Positions 36,677 through 46,655 of a DNA stretch of 53,981 nt are shown piece after piece. The notes beneath the pieces are model-generated. The model was given only the letters and a program-made list of their open reading frames with translations. It did not search any database and had not been told where the DNA came from. The stretch lies in IMG/VR virus record IMGVR_UViG_2529292919_000008; one strand, given 5' to 3'. Source of the stretch: a virus (Duplodnaviria; Heunggongvirae; Uroviricota; Caudoviricetes). The stretch's first letter is position 1; each line of letters begins with the position of its first letter. Made by a program: the position numbers and the translations under genes.

Positions 36677-38936
36677 CAAAGTTGGCATGACCCTGACTGC
36701 GAAGGACGAAGCCTCGCAGGTTCTGGAAAAGGGACAAAAACAGGTTATCAAAGCCACCGAAGGTGTAACAAAGGCAACCCGGAAGGCAGGCGCAGAGCAG
36801 ACGCGTACCGGGCAGGAAAGCGTTAACAGCACGAAAAAGGCGGCAAAAGAGATACAGCGTGCCGCCCGTGCCCGGGAAACGCTCGGTATTCGTGCAGAAC
36901 GCGAGATCCGGCGTGAAATTTATCAGACGGTTGCCAGCTATAACCGTCTGGCCCGCGCCGGTTTTGAATCTGCGCAGGAGCAGGAGCGCGCCATGCAGGC
37001 CACCCGGGAAAAAGCCCGGGCACTCAAGCGTGAACTGGATGGCGTCACTCAGGCTCAGATGAAGATGGCGAAAACGCCTGTTATCCCTGAACGGGGGCGT
37101 TTTGCCCGTGCGGCTGCATTTGGCGGGAATGCCGTGACAATAGGTGGTGGTATCGCGGCAGGTGCTGCCATTATGGCGCAGCCGGTCAAAAAGCAGATGA
37201 GCTACGAACGCCAGCTGGCAATGATGGCCAATACCGCCTTCAGTGATGGCGGGCTGGAGGGGCGCAAAGCCGGTCTTGAGCAGATGAAAAGCAGCATCCG
37301 TAACGCGGTGACCTATGGTGGCGGCACAAAAGAGGATGCAGCCGAAACACTGGATGCCCTGCTGAAAGATGGCGGTATTTCATTTGACACAGCCAGCAAG
37401 TGGCTACCTGAACTGATGAAATACGCCACGGCTTCTGGTGCATCAGCGACAGACCTGGCTAATGTGATGCTTAAGGGCAAAAAGACCTTTGGATTCCGGG
37501 ATGAAGATATTTCCACTGTCCTGAATATGGCGATTGCGGCAGGAAAAGAAGGCAGCTTTGAACTGAACGATATGGCCCGCTGGTTATCCCAACAAATGGG
37601 ATCTGCGTCAGCTGCGGGAATGAAAGGCAAGGATGATTTCGTCAAGATTCTTGCGCTGAATGAAGCCGCCGCGATCACGGCTGGTAGCAGTGATGAAGCA
37701 GGGAATAACGTGGTTAACCTGCTGGCTAAACTGACCAGCCATGATATTGAAACTGCGGCAAAGAGCATTGATTACAACGGTAAAGGGATTGATTTTTCAG
37801 GTACGCTGACTGAAGCGCGCAAGCATGGGCTGGATCCGATAGACGCGCTTTCCAGCCTGATAGATAAAATCGTTGCCAACGATAAACGCTATCAGGAGTT
37901 GCAAAAGAAACTGTCATCTGCCCGGGATAAAGGTGAACAGACGGCTGTTTACGATTCGATGGCAAAACTCCTTGAAGGCTTTGGTGTCGGGAAACTGGTT
38001 GCAGACCGTCAGGCGTTGATGGCGTTGTTAGCCTACCGTAACAACCCGGAATACCGTAAGAAGGTTGAAGACGCGATTAATCAGCAACGTACCCTGCCGG
38101 AAGGCCAGCGCGCGGGGGATGTTGATTTCAGATTCATATCCGGCCTCAATGATTTTAAAACCGAACAGGCTAAAAACACGCTTGAATTTTCACAAATGGA
38201 CAGCATGAAAAAGCTGGCTGATGCGTCCGGTACTGTGGCCGATGCCATAAGCTGGGCGGGTGAAAAGTTTCCGGGGCTGACCACGGCGGTGGTGGGTGCC
38301 ACAACTGCGATTGAAGCGATGACCGCAGCGGCTCTGACATGGGCCGGGATCAAAATCCTGACCGGGGGTAAACCCGGTGGCAAGACTGGCGAGGTTGTTG
38401 GTGATGTAATTGAAAACACGGTCAAAAAAGGCAAAGGATTTAAATTCCCCGGTATTGCCGGTGGCCTGCTTTCTTTAGGTGGCACTGTTACGGCACTGGC
38501 CACCGCAACCAGCCCGGAGGAAGACGCCGCCGTCGAAGGAAGCGAAGAACGCTGGAAACGCATCCGCGCCCGATACACCCAGGAAGAAATCGACGCCGCC
38601 CGCAAAAAATACCAGCCATGGTGGCAGTTTGGGGAAGGCTATTCCACCGAAAACGAAGAATGGTTGAGGCGCTGGGAGGAAGACAGGAAAAAAGCCGCAT
38701 CTGATGCCCTGCCATCACCGGCGCAGGTTAACAAAGCCGCAGGAAACACAACGCCTGAACCGGCATCAACGCAACCCGGACGCATCACCCAGCCGGAATA
38801 CCTCACGCACTGGGGGCCACCTGCCAGCCCCATTAATTTCACCACACAACTGGTGCTCGATGGTCAGGTCGTGGCGGAGGCAGTGAACAAATACAACCTT
38901 CAGGACGGTAACAGAGGTACGGGAGGAACTTACTGA
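36663..38936 (+). CDS. Tail tape measure protein
   Basis: 757 aa, Ala/Gly-rich and coiled-coil, between the chaperone and the N-like gene. Confidence 0.7.
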   Translation: MAGNFKVGMTLTAKDEASQVLEKGQKQVIKATEGVTKATRKAGAEQTRTGQESVNSTKKAAKEIQRAARARETLGIRAEREIRREIYQTVASYNRLARAGFESAQEQERAMQATREKARALKRELDGVTQAQMKMAKTPVIPERGRFARAAAFGGNAVTIGGGIAAGAAIMAQPVKKQMSYERQLAMMANTAFSDGGLEGRKAGLEQMKSSIRNAVTYGGGTKEDAAETLDALLKDGGISFDTASKWLPELMKYATASGASATDLANVMLKGKKTFGFRDEDISTVLNMAIAAGKEGSFELNDMARWLSQQMGSASAAGMKGKDDFVKILALNEAAAITAGSSDEAGNNVVNLLAKLTSHDIETAAKSIDYNGKGIDFSGTLTEARKHGLDPIDALSSLIDKIVANDKRYQELQKKLSSARDKGEQTAVYDSMAKLLEGFGVGKLVADRQALMALLAYRNNPEYRKKVEDAINQQRTLPEGQRAGDVDFRFISGLNDFKTEQAKNTLEFSQMDSMKKLADASGTVADAISWAGEKFPGLTTAVVGATTAIEAMTAAALTWAGIKILTGGKPGGKTGEVVGDVIENTVKKGKGFKFPGIAGGLLSLGGTVTALATATSPEEDAAVEGSEERWKRIRARYTQEEIDAARKKYQPWWQFGEGYSTENEEWLRRWEEDRKKAASDALPSPAQVNKAAGNTTPEPASTQPGRITQPEYLTHWGPPASPINFTTQLVLDGQVVAEAVNKYNLQDGNRGTGGTY

Positions 38937-40285
38937 TGGGCTGGGCTGAAAACCTGCAAAACGCTTCCTTTCGTGGCGTGCAGTTTGAGGTGCTGAATAC
39001 TGACGAACAAATCAGCCGCGACCATGCGGTCTATGAATACCCGTTTGTTGACGGGGCGGATTTGCACGACCTCGGACGCAAGGCGCGACCGTTCCGCATG
39101 ACGGCGTTCCTGTGGGGCGATGACTATGAATATAAACTCGGAAAACTGACCGCCGCCCTGGATGAAGGCGGCGATGGTGAACTGATTCATCCGGTTTATG
39201 GCTCTGTGCCGTCGGTGATTGTGACCGGCTACAGCATCCGCCATGACGCAGAAAGCCCGGACAGCTGCACCATTGACATGAGTTTTCTGGAAAACCGCAC
39301 CGGTAGCGCGTTGTTCAGCACCCCGTTACCGGAGCTGTTCGCGCAACAGTTGTTTGATGAACTGGACACTTTACAGGCGCGGTTAAGTGACTTTTTTGAT
39401 GCCGTTACTGCACCTTTAAATACCGTTAACAGCATGATTAAAAAAGCCCAGACAGTGCGTGCCACACTGGTGAATACCCTGCTGTCGTTCAAAAGTGATT
39501 TTGTCTCCACTGTCGATAATATCGTGTCACTGGCAGGCGAACCCGGAAAATTTATCAATGGACTGGCAGAGGTGCTGGAAATCCACACATCAGATGTCGG
39601 GCAACCGGTGCCGGTTCTGCAACGTGTTGATTCTGCCACCCGGACCGGGTTGGCAGGAGAGACGACCGTCGCCAGTTCTGCGACAGTGATGAACTGCTGG
39701 AATAAGGTCATCACTGATATGGATGAATTTGTTGCGCTGCCTGTTGCCCTGGTCAGTGGCGATAAAGTACCGGAGGTGGTACTTCCTGCGGATGCCTCGC
39801 CAGACGATGTGCAGGATGTGAAAGCAGTTTACGCAACACAGGCCGCATCTGAACTGGCCAGTGTTGCAATGGCGATACTGGTTGATGATGCGCAGTCAGA
39901 ACAGCTTATACCGGCGGATATCGGGCGACTGGTCGGGGATGTGCGCACCCGCTTACAGGCTGCCATCACGCTGTTCCGTGAACGCTATGAAGGCGAACGC
40001 GAACGGATAACCGAAACCGCATCACCGCTGGGGCTGATGTACCCGGAAATCATTCAGAGCATGAAAAACGTGGCGGCATCCGTGCAGGATGTCGGCCTGC
40101 TGGTTCTGTCACGCCGCCCACCGCTGACGCAGAAACAGGTGCAGGCGGACAGCTGTCTGCTGTTGCTGGCGTGGCAGTGGTACGGTGATTACAGTCGTGC
40201 GGCAGAACTGCAACGTCTGAACCCGCAGCTGCGTGACCCGAACAACATAACCGCCGGGGTGGTCATTAATGCCTACGCAAAATAA
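38936..40285 (+). CDS. DNA circularisation protein N-like
   Basis: 449 aa at the Mu N position after the tape measure. Confidence 0.6.
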   Translation: MGWAENLQNASFRGVQFEVLNTDEQISRDHAVYEYPFVDGADLHDLGRKARPFRMTAFLWGDDYEYKLGKLTAALDEGGDGELIHPVYGSVPSVIVTGYSIRHDAESPDSCTIDMSFLENRTGSALFSTPLPELFAQQLFDELDTLQARLSDFFDAVTAPLNTVNSMIKKAQTVRATLVNTLLSFKSDFVSTVDNIVSLAGEPGKFINGLAEVLEIHTSDVGQPVPVLQRVDSATRTGLAGETTVASSATVMNCWNKVITDMDEFVALPVALVSGDKVPEVVLPADASPDDVQDVKAVYATQAASELASVAMAILVDDAQSEQLIPADIGRLVGDVRTRLQAAITLFRERYEGERERITETASPLGLMYPEIIQSMKNVAASVQDVGLLVLSRRPPLTQKQVQADSCLLLLAWQWYGDYSRAAELQRLNPQLRDPNNITAGVVINAYAK

Positions 40286-41495
40286 CGAAGACAAAATCAG
40301 CCTGGTCATTGCCGGAAGGTCGCATTCTGACTGGAACAGTTATCGTATTGACAGCGATTTCCTGAAAGCTGCCGACGGCTGGCAGCTTCAGCTGGGGCTG
40401 CCTGAAAAGGTGTTCCCGGCGGATATCGTCCGGGGCGCACAAATCCGGTTGCAGGTGGGAGACGAAACGGTGCTCAGTGGGCGCATAGACAGCGTGCGCC
40501 GCAGTGTATCCCGTCAGAGCTGCACGCTGACCCTGTCCGGGCGTGATGATGCCGCCATCCTGGTGGACTGTGCCGCGCCAGTGTTCAGCGCCAACCAGCT
40601 GACGCTGGACGAGGTCATCGACAGGATTGTCAGACCGCTGGGGATACAGCGCATCCGTATTCAGGCGTCCGGTGTGTCACGTAATGACAAAGTCGTTATT
40701 GAGCCGGGGATGCGTGCGTGGGATGCACTGGCCAAAGCTGCCGCCGGTCGCGGCTTATGGCCGTGGTTTGAGCCTGACGGGACGCTGGTTGTGGGTGGCC
40801 CTGACTACACCACCACGCCGGTGGATACGCTGATTCTGAAGCTGAACGGCACCGGGAACAACGTGATGGAGCTGGACGATACCCGGTCCATTAACGGCTG
40901 TTTCTCCGAACTTACTGTGCTGGCCCAGAGCCACGCCCGCCGCGCAGACAGCAAGAAACAGGTGGCCGTGGTGCCGCTGGATATCTGGAACGAGGACGGC
41001 AGCGTGCGCACATTGTCCGGGCAGGACAGCGGTAATACGGACAGTGGCCAGACAGGCATTCATAACATGAAAGCCGTTGCCACCGACCCCACCGTGGATT
41101 ATTACCGCCCGCAGATAATCACCCAGGGCGACACCAGCAATCTGGAGCAGGTGAACTGGCGCGCAAAAAAAATGATGAGTGATGCCCGCCTGTCGGGGCT
41201 GGATATCGTCGCGCTGGTTGCAGGTCATCGCACGGCAGATGGTGTTCTGTGGCAGCCCGGCCAGCGGGTGCGGATTGTCAGCGAACTCCACGGCATTGAT
41301 GCCATCTTTTTCCTGATGGGGCGTGAGTTCAGCGGAGGCCGGAACGGGCAGACAACCCGGCTCCGCTTTAAGGAGGACGGCGTGTGGATACCTGATGCCT
41401 TCCCGCGCGAGAAGAAACGCCATCACCGCAGGGGCAAAAAGAAAAAGAGGTCGCCATTGTTAAGGTCTGGGAGAAATGATGTGGGACAAAGTTAA
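40269..41495 (+). CDS. Tail / baseplate hub protein (Mu P-like)
   Basis: 408 aa at the Mu P position. Confidence 0.6.
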   Translation: MPTQNNEDKISLVIAGRSHSDWNSYRIDSDFLKAADGWQLQLGLPEKVFPADIVRGAQIRLQVGDETVLSGRIDSVRRSVSRQSCTLTLSGRDDAAILVDCAAPVFSANQLTLDEVIDRIVRPLGIQRIRIQASGVSRNDKVVIEPGMRAWDALAKAAAGRGLWPWFEPDGTLVVGGPDYTTTPVDTLILKLNGTGNNVMELDDTRSINGCFSELTVLAQSHARRADSKKQVAVVPLDIWNEDGSVRTLSGQDSGNTDSGQTGIHNMKAVATDPTVDYYRPQIITQGDTSNLEQVNWRAKKMMSDARLSGLDIVALVAGHRTADGVLWQPGQRVRIVSELHGIDAIFFLMGREFSGGRNGQTTRLRFKEDGVWIPDAFPREKKRHHRRGKKKKRSPLLRSGRNDVGQS

Positions 41496-42129
41496 TCAGC
41501 GCGTACAGCAGGCACTGGCCGCCGTTCGCCAGGCATTCAGGGTGGTGACCGGTACGGTGGACAGTTCGACCAAAGTACAGCTGCTTCAGCTTAACGGGCT
41601 GGCAGGCGAACAGCTGGACGGTGCGGAGTATTTTCAGCATTACGGCCTCACCACATCCCCGCCGCCCGGCTCAATGGGTATTGCCGTTCCGCTGAACGGC
41701 AATACCTCTCATACTGTCGTGGTGGCCACAGAGCACGGCGCATATCGTCTGACGGAACTGAAACCCGGGGAAGTGGCCCTGTATACCGATGAAGGCGCGA
41801 AAATCGTACTGAAGCGCGGACGGGTTATTGAAACCGAATGTGACGTTTATCGCGTGAAATGCAAACGCTACGAGGTTGAGGCAGAGGAGAACGCCACATT
41901 CACGACACCGTTACTGACAGCCAGTGACAGGCTGACGGTGGAAGGCAAAATCACCGGCAACGGTGGCATGGCCATCAGTGGGGGCAAGGGATACACTGCC
42001 ACCTTTGAAGGCAATATCAACCATGTGGGTGGAGTGATTACCTCCGTTGACGTCACCATTAATGGCGTTAAAATCGGAACGCACAAACATCCAACCCCAC
42101 ACGGCATGTCTGACACGCCGGTTAATTAA
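41476..42129 (+). CDS. Baseplate assembly protein (Mu gp45 / V-like spike)
   Basis: 217 aa; synteny. Confidence 0.55.
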   Translation: MMWDKVNQRVQQALAAVRQAFRVVTGTVDSSTKVQLLQLNGLAGEQLDGAEYFQHYGLTTSPPPGSMGIAVPLNGNTSHTVVVATEHGAYRLTELKPGEVALYTDEGAKIVLKRGRVIETECDVYRVKCKRYEVEAEENATFTTPLLTASDRLTVEGKITGNGGMAISGGKGYTATFEGNINHVGGVITSVDVTINGVKIGTHKHPTPHGMSDTPVN

Positions 42130-42182
42130 GTGCTGAACACCCTCACCTGATTCTGACCTGTCCATGCTGCCAGACTGGCGGC

Positions 42183-42533
42183 ATGGACCAGACGATTTCA
42201 CCTGCAACCGGCGACTACGAACGCCGTCGGATTTTTACCCTTCATAACGCGGTTTATCTGCGACTGGCGACGCCGCTTGGCAGTTACTGGGCGGATGCGT
42301 CGCTGGGGTCACGCCTGCACGAGCTGAAGCGGGAAAAAGACGTTTCCCGTGTTCATAAGCTTGCGGCGCAGTATGCCAGCCAGGCACTTCAGCCCCTGCT
42401 CGATGACGGGCGGGCAAAATCCATTACCGTTGACACAAAACCGGGGCAGCGCGGCTGGTTGTTGCTGTTAATCACCGTCACGGATAACGCGGGCACACCG
42501 CAGACGTTTGAACACCCTGTGAGGATTATGTAA
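42183..42533 (+). CDS. Baseplate wedge protein (Mu gp46, W/gp25-like)
   Basis: 116 aa; synteny. Confidence 0.5.
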   Translation: MDQTISPATGDYERRRIFTLHNAVYLRLATPLGSYWADASLGSRLHELKREKDVSRVHKLAAQYASQALQPLLDDGRAKSITVDTKPGQRGWLLLLITVTDNAGTPQTFEHPVRIM

Positions 42534-43612
42534 TGCCGTTTCCTGTTCCGGGCGTTGCTGAAAACACAGAACGCCAGCTACGTGATATCGCTAACGCCCT
42601 GCCGGGCGAAACCATCGACACCGGCGCTGACAGCGATTACCGCATTCGTGCAAATGCCGTATCCGGCGTGGCGGACGGACTGTATATGCATCAGGGGTGG
42701 ATACTCCGTCAGGTGTTTCCTGATACGGCAGACCCTGAATATCTGGAGTTGCACTGCCGCACGCGCAATGTTTTTCGTAAAAAAGCAACGGCCTCATCCG
42801 GTCCGGCAGTGATTACCGGCACACCCGGTAAGACGCTGCCAGCCGGTGCGGAAATTCGTGGTGAAGGTGTCAGCGTGGCCACCGCAGCAGACTGCACCGT
42901 CGGTGATGAAGGCAGCGCAGAGGTGACGGTAAAAAGCACTGCCACGGGTGCACAGACGAATGCATCCACGACGCAGACGGCAACGCTGGTCAGCCCACCT
43001 GAAGGCATCAACAGCACGGTGACGATTAAATCCCTGACCGGCGGAACGGACAGGGAAAGCGACGCCGACCTGCTGGCGCGTTATCTGGATATTCTGCGCA
43101 GGCCGCCCGCTGGCGGTAATAAATATGATTACAAACGCTGGGCGCTGGAAGTGGATGGCGTTACGTCTGCGTATGTGGAGCCGTTGCGTCGTGGACTGGG
43201 GACGGTTGATGTGGCCATTACGTCAGCCAATGACCTCCCTTCGCAGGAACTGATTAATGCCGTGCTGGCACATATTGAGGAAGTCCGCCCGGTGACAGCG
43301 AAGGACACGATGGTGCTGGCCCCGACGAAAAAAGCCGTTGATTTCGTTGTCCGGGTAAAAACCAGTGGTCTTACTGTTGAACAGATAAAACCACAGATAA
43401 CTGAAGTTATCACGGATTTTATGAACCGGCTGGAGCCGGGGCAGGAATTAATTATTTCACAACTGGAAACTCAGATTTCATTAATTTCTGGCGTCAGTGA
43501 CCGGCGAATTATTATGCCGTCAGATAATGTAAAAGCAGTTGTCAATGAATCCACATGGGAGTGGCTGCGTCCGGGGAGTATTGATATCCAGCCATTTCCC
43601 CGGGAGAGTTAA
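42533..43612 (+). CDS. Baseplate J-like protein (Mu gp47)
   Basis: 359 aa; synteny. Confidence 0.65.
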   Translation: MPFPVPGVAENTERQLRDIANALPGETIDTGADSDYRIRANAVSGVADGLYMHQGWILRQVFPDTADPEYLELHCRTRNVFRKKATASSGPAVITGTPGKTLPAGAEIRGEGVSVATAADCTVGDEGSAEVTVKSTATGAQTNASTTQTATLVSPPEGINSTVTIKSLTGGTDRESDADLLARYLDILRRPPAGGNKYDYKRWALEVDGVTSAYVEPLRRGLGTVDVAITSANDLPSQELINAVLAHIEEVRPVTAKDTMVLAPTKKAVDFVVRVKTSGLTVEQIKPQITEVITDFMNRLEPGQELIISQLETQISLISGVSDRRIIMPSDNVKAVVNESTWEWLRPGSIDIQPFPRES

Positions 43613-43615
43613 TAC

Positions 43616-44188
43616 ATGAATACGGTTGATTTATTTCGTGCCATGTTACCACCGGTCAGCTATGACCCGAACGGGAAATATATTTCAGCAGAACTGAACG
43701 CAGAAGCAGCCATTATGGATGAAGTAAAAGCGTCAGCTGCACGAGTGCTTGCATCTGTCACACCATTTTACGCATCCATGACGCTGTCTGACTGGGAACG
43801 AGTGTATGGAGTAATACCCCGCGACGGTGCCACACAGCAGGAACGCCGAGAAAATATTCTTATAAAGATGGCTGCAACTGGTGGGTTATCTATCCCTTAT
43901 TTTAAACAACTTGCAGCCAGCCTCGGGTACACCATAACAATTACTGAACTTCATCCATTCAGAGCGGGGATAAACCGATGTGGTGATCGTCTCTATATAA
44001 CAGATGCCCGATGGATTTGGCAGGTTAATGTCACAGGAAGCAGAACGCCAGCCTACAGATTCAGAACCGGAGTATCTGCTGCCGGGGAGCCGTTACTTTC
44101 CTTTGGTGCCCCTGTACTGGAAGAAACATTTAAAGACCTTAAACCCGCTTTTACTTATTGCCATTTCACATATAAGGAGGAGCAGTAA
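43616..44188 (+). CDS. Tail protein (Mu gp48, DUF2313-like)
   Basis: 190 aa; synteny. Confidence 0.5.
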   Translation: MNTVDLFRAMLPPVSYDPNGKYISAELNAEAAIMDEVKASAARVLASVTPFYASMTLSDWERVYGVIPRDGATQQERRENILIKMAATGGLSIPYFKQLAASLGYTITITELHPFRAGINRCGDRLYITDARWIWQVNVTGSRTPAYRFRTGVSAAGEPLLSFGAPVLEETFKDLKPAFTYCHFTYKEEQ

Positions 44189-45012
44189 TGCAAAATCTGA
44201 TGCCCCCGATAAATACACCGGATCAATTGTTTCATGATGGTGACCCCACTCAGGGGATAGAAGGAACCCTCGTGACTGCTGGTTATTTAAACAATCAGCA
44301 GGGAGCAACCCGTGATTTACAGCAGGAACTCCTTAATGTTCTTGGTGGTGCACATATTCAACCTGACCCCAAAAAAACGGATCAGCTACTTACCGCGCTT
44401 CGCGCGTTGCTGTTAAGCCGCAAAAATCCGTTTGGCGATATCAAATCGGACGGCACAGTACCAACGGCTCTCGAAAACCTTGGTTTGGGAGAAGGAGCTC
44501 CAGCTATTGGCGTTCCGTTCTTCTGGCCGTCCGCTGCAATGCCAGATACCGTAATCGATAGCTGGTCCGGTATGGTGTTTTTGAAGTTCAACGGCGCGAA
44601 ATTCTCTGCCACTGATTACCCTGTGCTGGCGAAAGTGTTTCCGGCGCTGGCATTACCTGACGCACGCGGTGATTTCATTCGTATCTGGGATGATGGGCGC
44701 GGGATTGATGTCGGACGTACCCTACTTTCAGGGCAATCACACACAATTATGGATCATGCACACAATATGGAATTGTGGACGGGGGACGGGCTTGCCGCAG
44801 GAAGTGCACGGGAAGGAGTAAACCCAGGAATACTGGCTACATATGGTGACGGGGGAATAGTTAAAACGGACGAACCCGGTCTTAATGTGCCTTCCTCACT
44901 ACGAGCTCTTAGCTCTCGTAGTGTTAAACGTTATGGTGACATTAGTGGAAATGTAGGTACAGAAACCCGTCCACGAAATATTGCATTTAACTTTCTGGTG
45001 AGGGCTAAATAA
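44188..45012 (+). CDS. S: Tail fibre protein S (constant Sc region plus currently expressed variable Sv region)
   Basis: 274 aa. A gix-like crossover site lies inside it at codons about 94-102 ([10 protein letters not shown]). Confidence 0.65.
   Translation: MQNLMPPINTPDQLFHDGDPTQGIEGTLVTAGYLNNQQGATRDLQQELLNVLGGAHIQPDPKKTDQLLTALRALLLSRKNPFGDIKSDGTVPTALENLGLGEGAPAIGVPFFWPSAAMPDTVIDSWSGMVFLKFNGAKFSATDYPVLAKVFPALALPDARGDFIRIWDDGRGIDVGRTLLSGQSHTIMDHAHNMELWTGDGLAAGSAREGVNPGILATYGDGGIVKTDEPGLNVPSSLRALSSRSVKRYGDISGNVGTETRPRNIAFNFLVRAK
44468..44493 (+). promoter_or_regulatory. gix-like recombination site (left)
   Basis: CTCTCGAAAACC-TT-GGTTTGGGAGAA: 12-2-12 dyad that resembles Mu gix and Salmonella hix as recalled. 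Confidence 0.55.
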
Positions 45013-45605
45013 TGAAACCTGTTTTTGATGAAAATGGGCTGGCTACAGTGCCGGGCGATATGCGTTGTTTTTATTATAATGCAGTAACGTATGAATATAC
45101 CGGCTGGTCTGATGAATATATTAATACTGGCGTAAGTATGCCCGCCTGTTCCACTGGTATTGACCCGGGCGAAAACATTCCGGGAAAAGTGGCAGTATTT
45201 ACGGGTAAGGGATGGAGCCATGAAGAAGACCATCGCAATGAGACCGTTTACTCAACTGAAAATGGCGCAGCTGTTACAGTGGATTATATCGGTGCCATCA
45301 AAGACGGTTATGTCACGCTTTCACCGTTAACGCCATACGATAAATGGGATGGTGAGAAATGGGTGACGGATACCGAGGCACAGCATAGCGCCGCAGTAGA
45401 AGCGGCAGAAGCACAGCGCCAGTCGCTGATTGATGCTGCAATGGCTTCCATCAGTCTGATTCAACTGAAATTACAGGCCGGGCGGAAGCTGACGCAGCCA
45501 GAAAACACCCGACTTAACGCTGTGCTGGATTATATTGACGCGGTGACGGCAACAGATACCAGCACAGCGCCGGACGTCATCTGGCCTGAACTGCCGGAGG
45601 CGTAG
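45012..45605 (+). CDS. U: Tail fibre assembly protein U
   Basis: C-terminal ...LNAVLDYIDAVTATDTSTAPDVIWPELPEA, which I recognise as a tail-fibre-assembly (Tfa) C-terminus. Confidence 0.65.
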   Translation: MKPVFDENGLATVPGDMRCFYYNAVTYEYTGWSDEYINTGVSMPACSTGIDPGENIPGKVAVFTGKGWSHEEDHRNETVYSTENGAAVTVDYIGAIKDGYVTLSPLTPYDKWDGEKWVTDTEAQHSAAVEAAEAQRQSLIDAAMASISLIQLKLQAGRKLTQPENTRLNAVLDYIDAVTATDTSTAPDVIWPELPEA

Positions 45606-46017
45606 GCCATTCAATATCTGGCGCACCGGAAGTATCGACCAGCTCCAGTGCGTCCAGATAATCCAGCCACAAATTATATTGCGCCAGTTCCTCACCTTTC
45701 AGGCGACCAATCGCCGCTTTACCAGGCCATTGCTTACTGTTTATGTATTCGTTGACCTGATTAATCAATTGCTGCTTTTCCAGTTCGGCTGCGGCAATTT
45801 GTTCCTCATGAGTTGGCGGTGGAATATCAATCCATGCAGGCATTCCGTCGATGACACCTCTGTATTTTCCTTCTGGTGCTTCCTTCATAAATTCGGCGGC
45901 AACAGTGTCGTCAATTTCGATTCCATCACCGGGCCATTCGCCGGATTCCTGATAAGCGATTTTAAGCTCCACAGGGAAAAACGCATTTTTATCGGCACTG
46001 AAAATATATTTCTGCAT
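45577..46017 (-). CDS. Alternative tail fibre assembly protein U' (inverted orientation)
   Basis: MQKYIFSADKNAFF... with Tfa-type C-terminus ...LWLDYLDALELVDTSGAPDIEWPTPP. Convergent with and overlapping U. Confidence 0.6.
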   Translation of the reverse strand: MQKYIFSADKNAFFPVELKIAYQESGEWPGDGIEIDDTVAAEFMKEAPEGKYRGVIDGMPAWIDIPPPTHEEQIAAAELEKQQLINQVNEYINSKQWPGKAAIGRLKGEELAQYNLWLDYLDALELVDTSGAPDIEWPTPPAVQAR

Positions 46018-46019
46018 TT

Positions 46020-46378
46020 CTACCGTCCTATCGAAATATAACTGAATCTGTATTGCTGTGAGATATCACTGGTTGCCACACGCCACGCTGAATTACTGAT
46101 ATGTTCAAAATTTACAGACAAAACCTGCGGGGCAGGATTCGACGGGTCTGACTGAACGGCATCAGACATAACACTGACTGAAACCATCGGCTGATTAGGG
46201 AATGGTATAGGGAAGTGTCCACTGATAAAGCGGGTCGTGTTTCCTGAAAAAGTGCCAAACTGAACAATATATCCACCTGGTAGCCTGAACCATCCCGAAC
46301 CAGAAGCGAATGCTCCCATATCCGGTATCTGATTATCTCCTGTGCCCACATCCCTTTTCGCCGCTTCTCCTAAACCAA
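46020..46378 (-). CDS. Alternative tail fibre variable segment S'v (promoterless cassette)
   Basis: Reading frame continues through the right gix-like site (...GLGEAAKRDVGTGDNQ...), matching the GLGE junction in S. Has no upstream constant region in this orientation. Confidence 0.5.
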
Positions 46379-46390
46379 CGTTTATGAAAA
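46365..46390 (+). promoter_or_regulatory. gix-like recombination site (right, inverted)
   Basis: TTCTCCTAAACC-AA-CGTTTATGAAAA. Its reverse complement shares TTGGTTT(G/A)GGAGAA with the left site, and the central dinucleotide is inverted (AA vs TT). Confidence 0.55.
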
Positions 46391-46444
46391 TGCAGAAATA
46401 ACGAGCAAATGGCATCATTCCTGCTTTTGTCAGGGTGATCTACC

Positions 46445-46540
46445 ATGTTTATAGGCTATGTACGCGCATCAACAAATGACCAGGACACCGATTTACAACG
46501 CAATGCGTTGAACTGTGCAGGATACGAGCTGATTTTTTGA
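46445..46540 (+). pseudogene. gin: Truncated gin-type serine invertase (N-terminal 31 codons only)
   Basis: MFIGYVRASTNDQDTDLQRNALNCAGYELIF then stop. Matches the Gin/Hin/Pin N-terminus including the catalytic-serine region (YVRxST). A full invertase is about 190 aa. Confidence 0.8.
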
Positions 46541-46569
46541 GGGTAAATCATCAGCATGAGACTAATAAT

Positions 46570-46655
46570 TTAGCGTCCAATTCTGGGCTTTTTGGTTGCG
46601 CTCTCTCCGCCCAGAATTGTGCGCCAATTAGCCCAGAAAAAAACGCGAAGTTACA
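46570..46655 (+). promoter_or_regulatory. Right end (attR) with transposase-binding-like repeats
   Basis: TTCTGGGC at 46581-46588, inverted CGCCCAGAATTG at 46608-46619 and GCCCAGAAAAAAACGCG at 46631-46647. Element ends ...TTACA at 46655. Confidence 0.6.

Larger units (their letters stand above)
10250..46655 (+). mobile_element. Mu-like transposable prophage (about 36.4 kb), apparently intact except for gin/mom region
   Basis: Termini TG (10250-10251) and CA (46654-46655). Identical 5-bp direct repeat AGTAC at 10245-10249 and 46656-46660. Full Mu-type gene order. Removing the element restores an uninterrupted capsid reading frame. Confidence 0.85.

Noticed and set aside
10250-46655. Integrase and tRNA attachment site for the inserted element
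   Set aside because: No tyrosine or serine integrase and no tRNA-like sequence were found; termini, target duplication and A/B genes indicate transpositional insertion instead.
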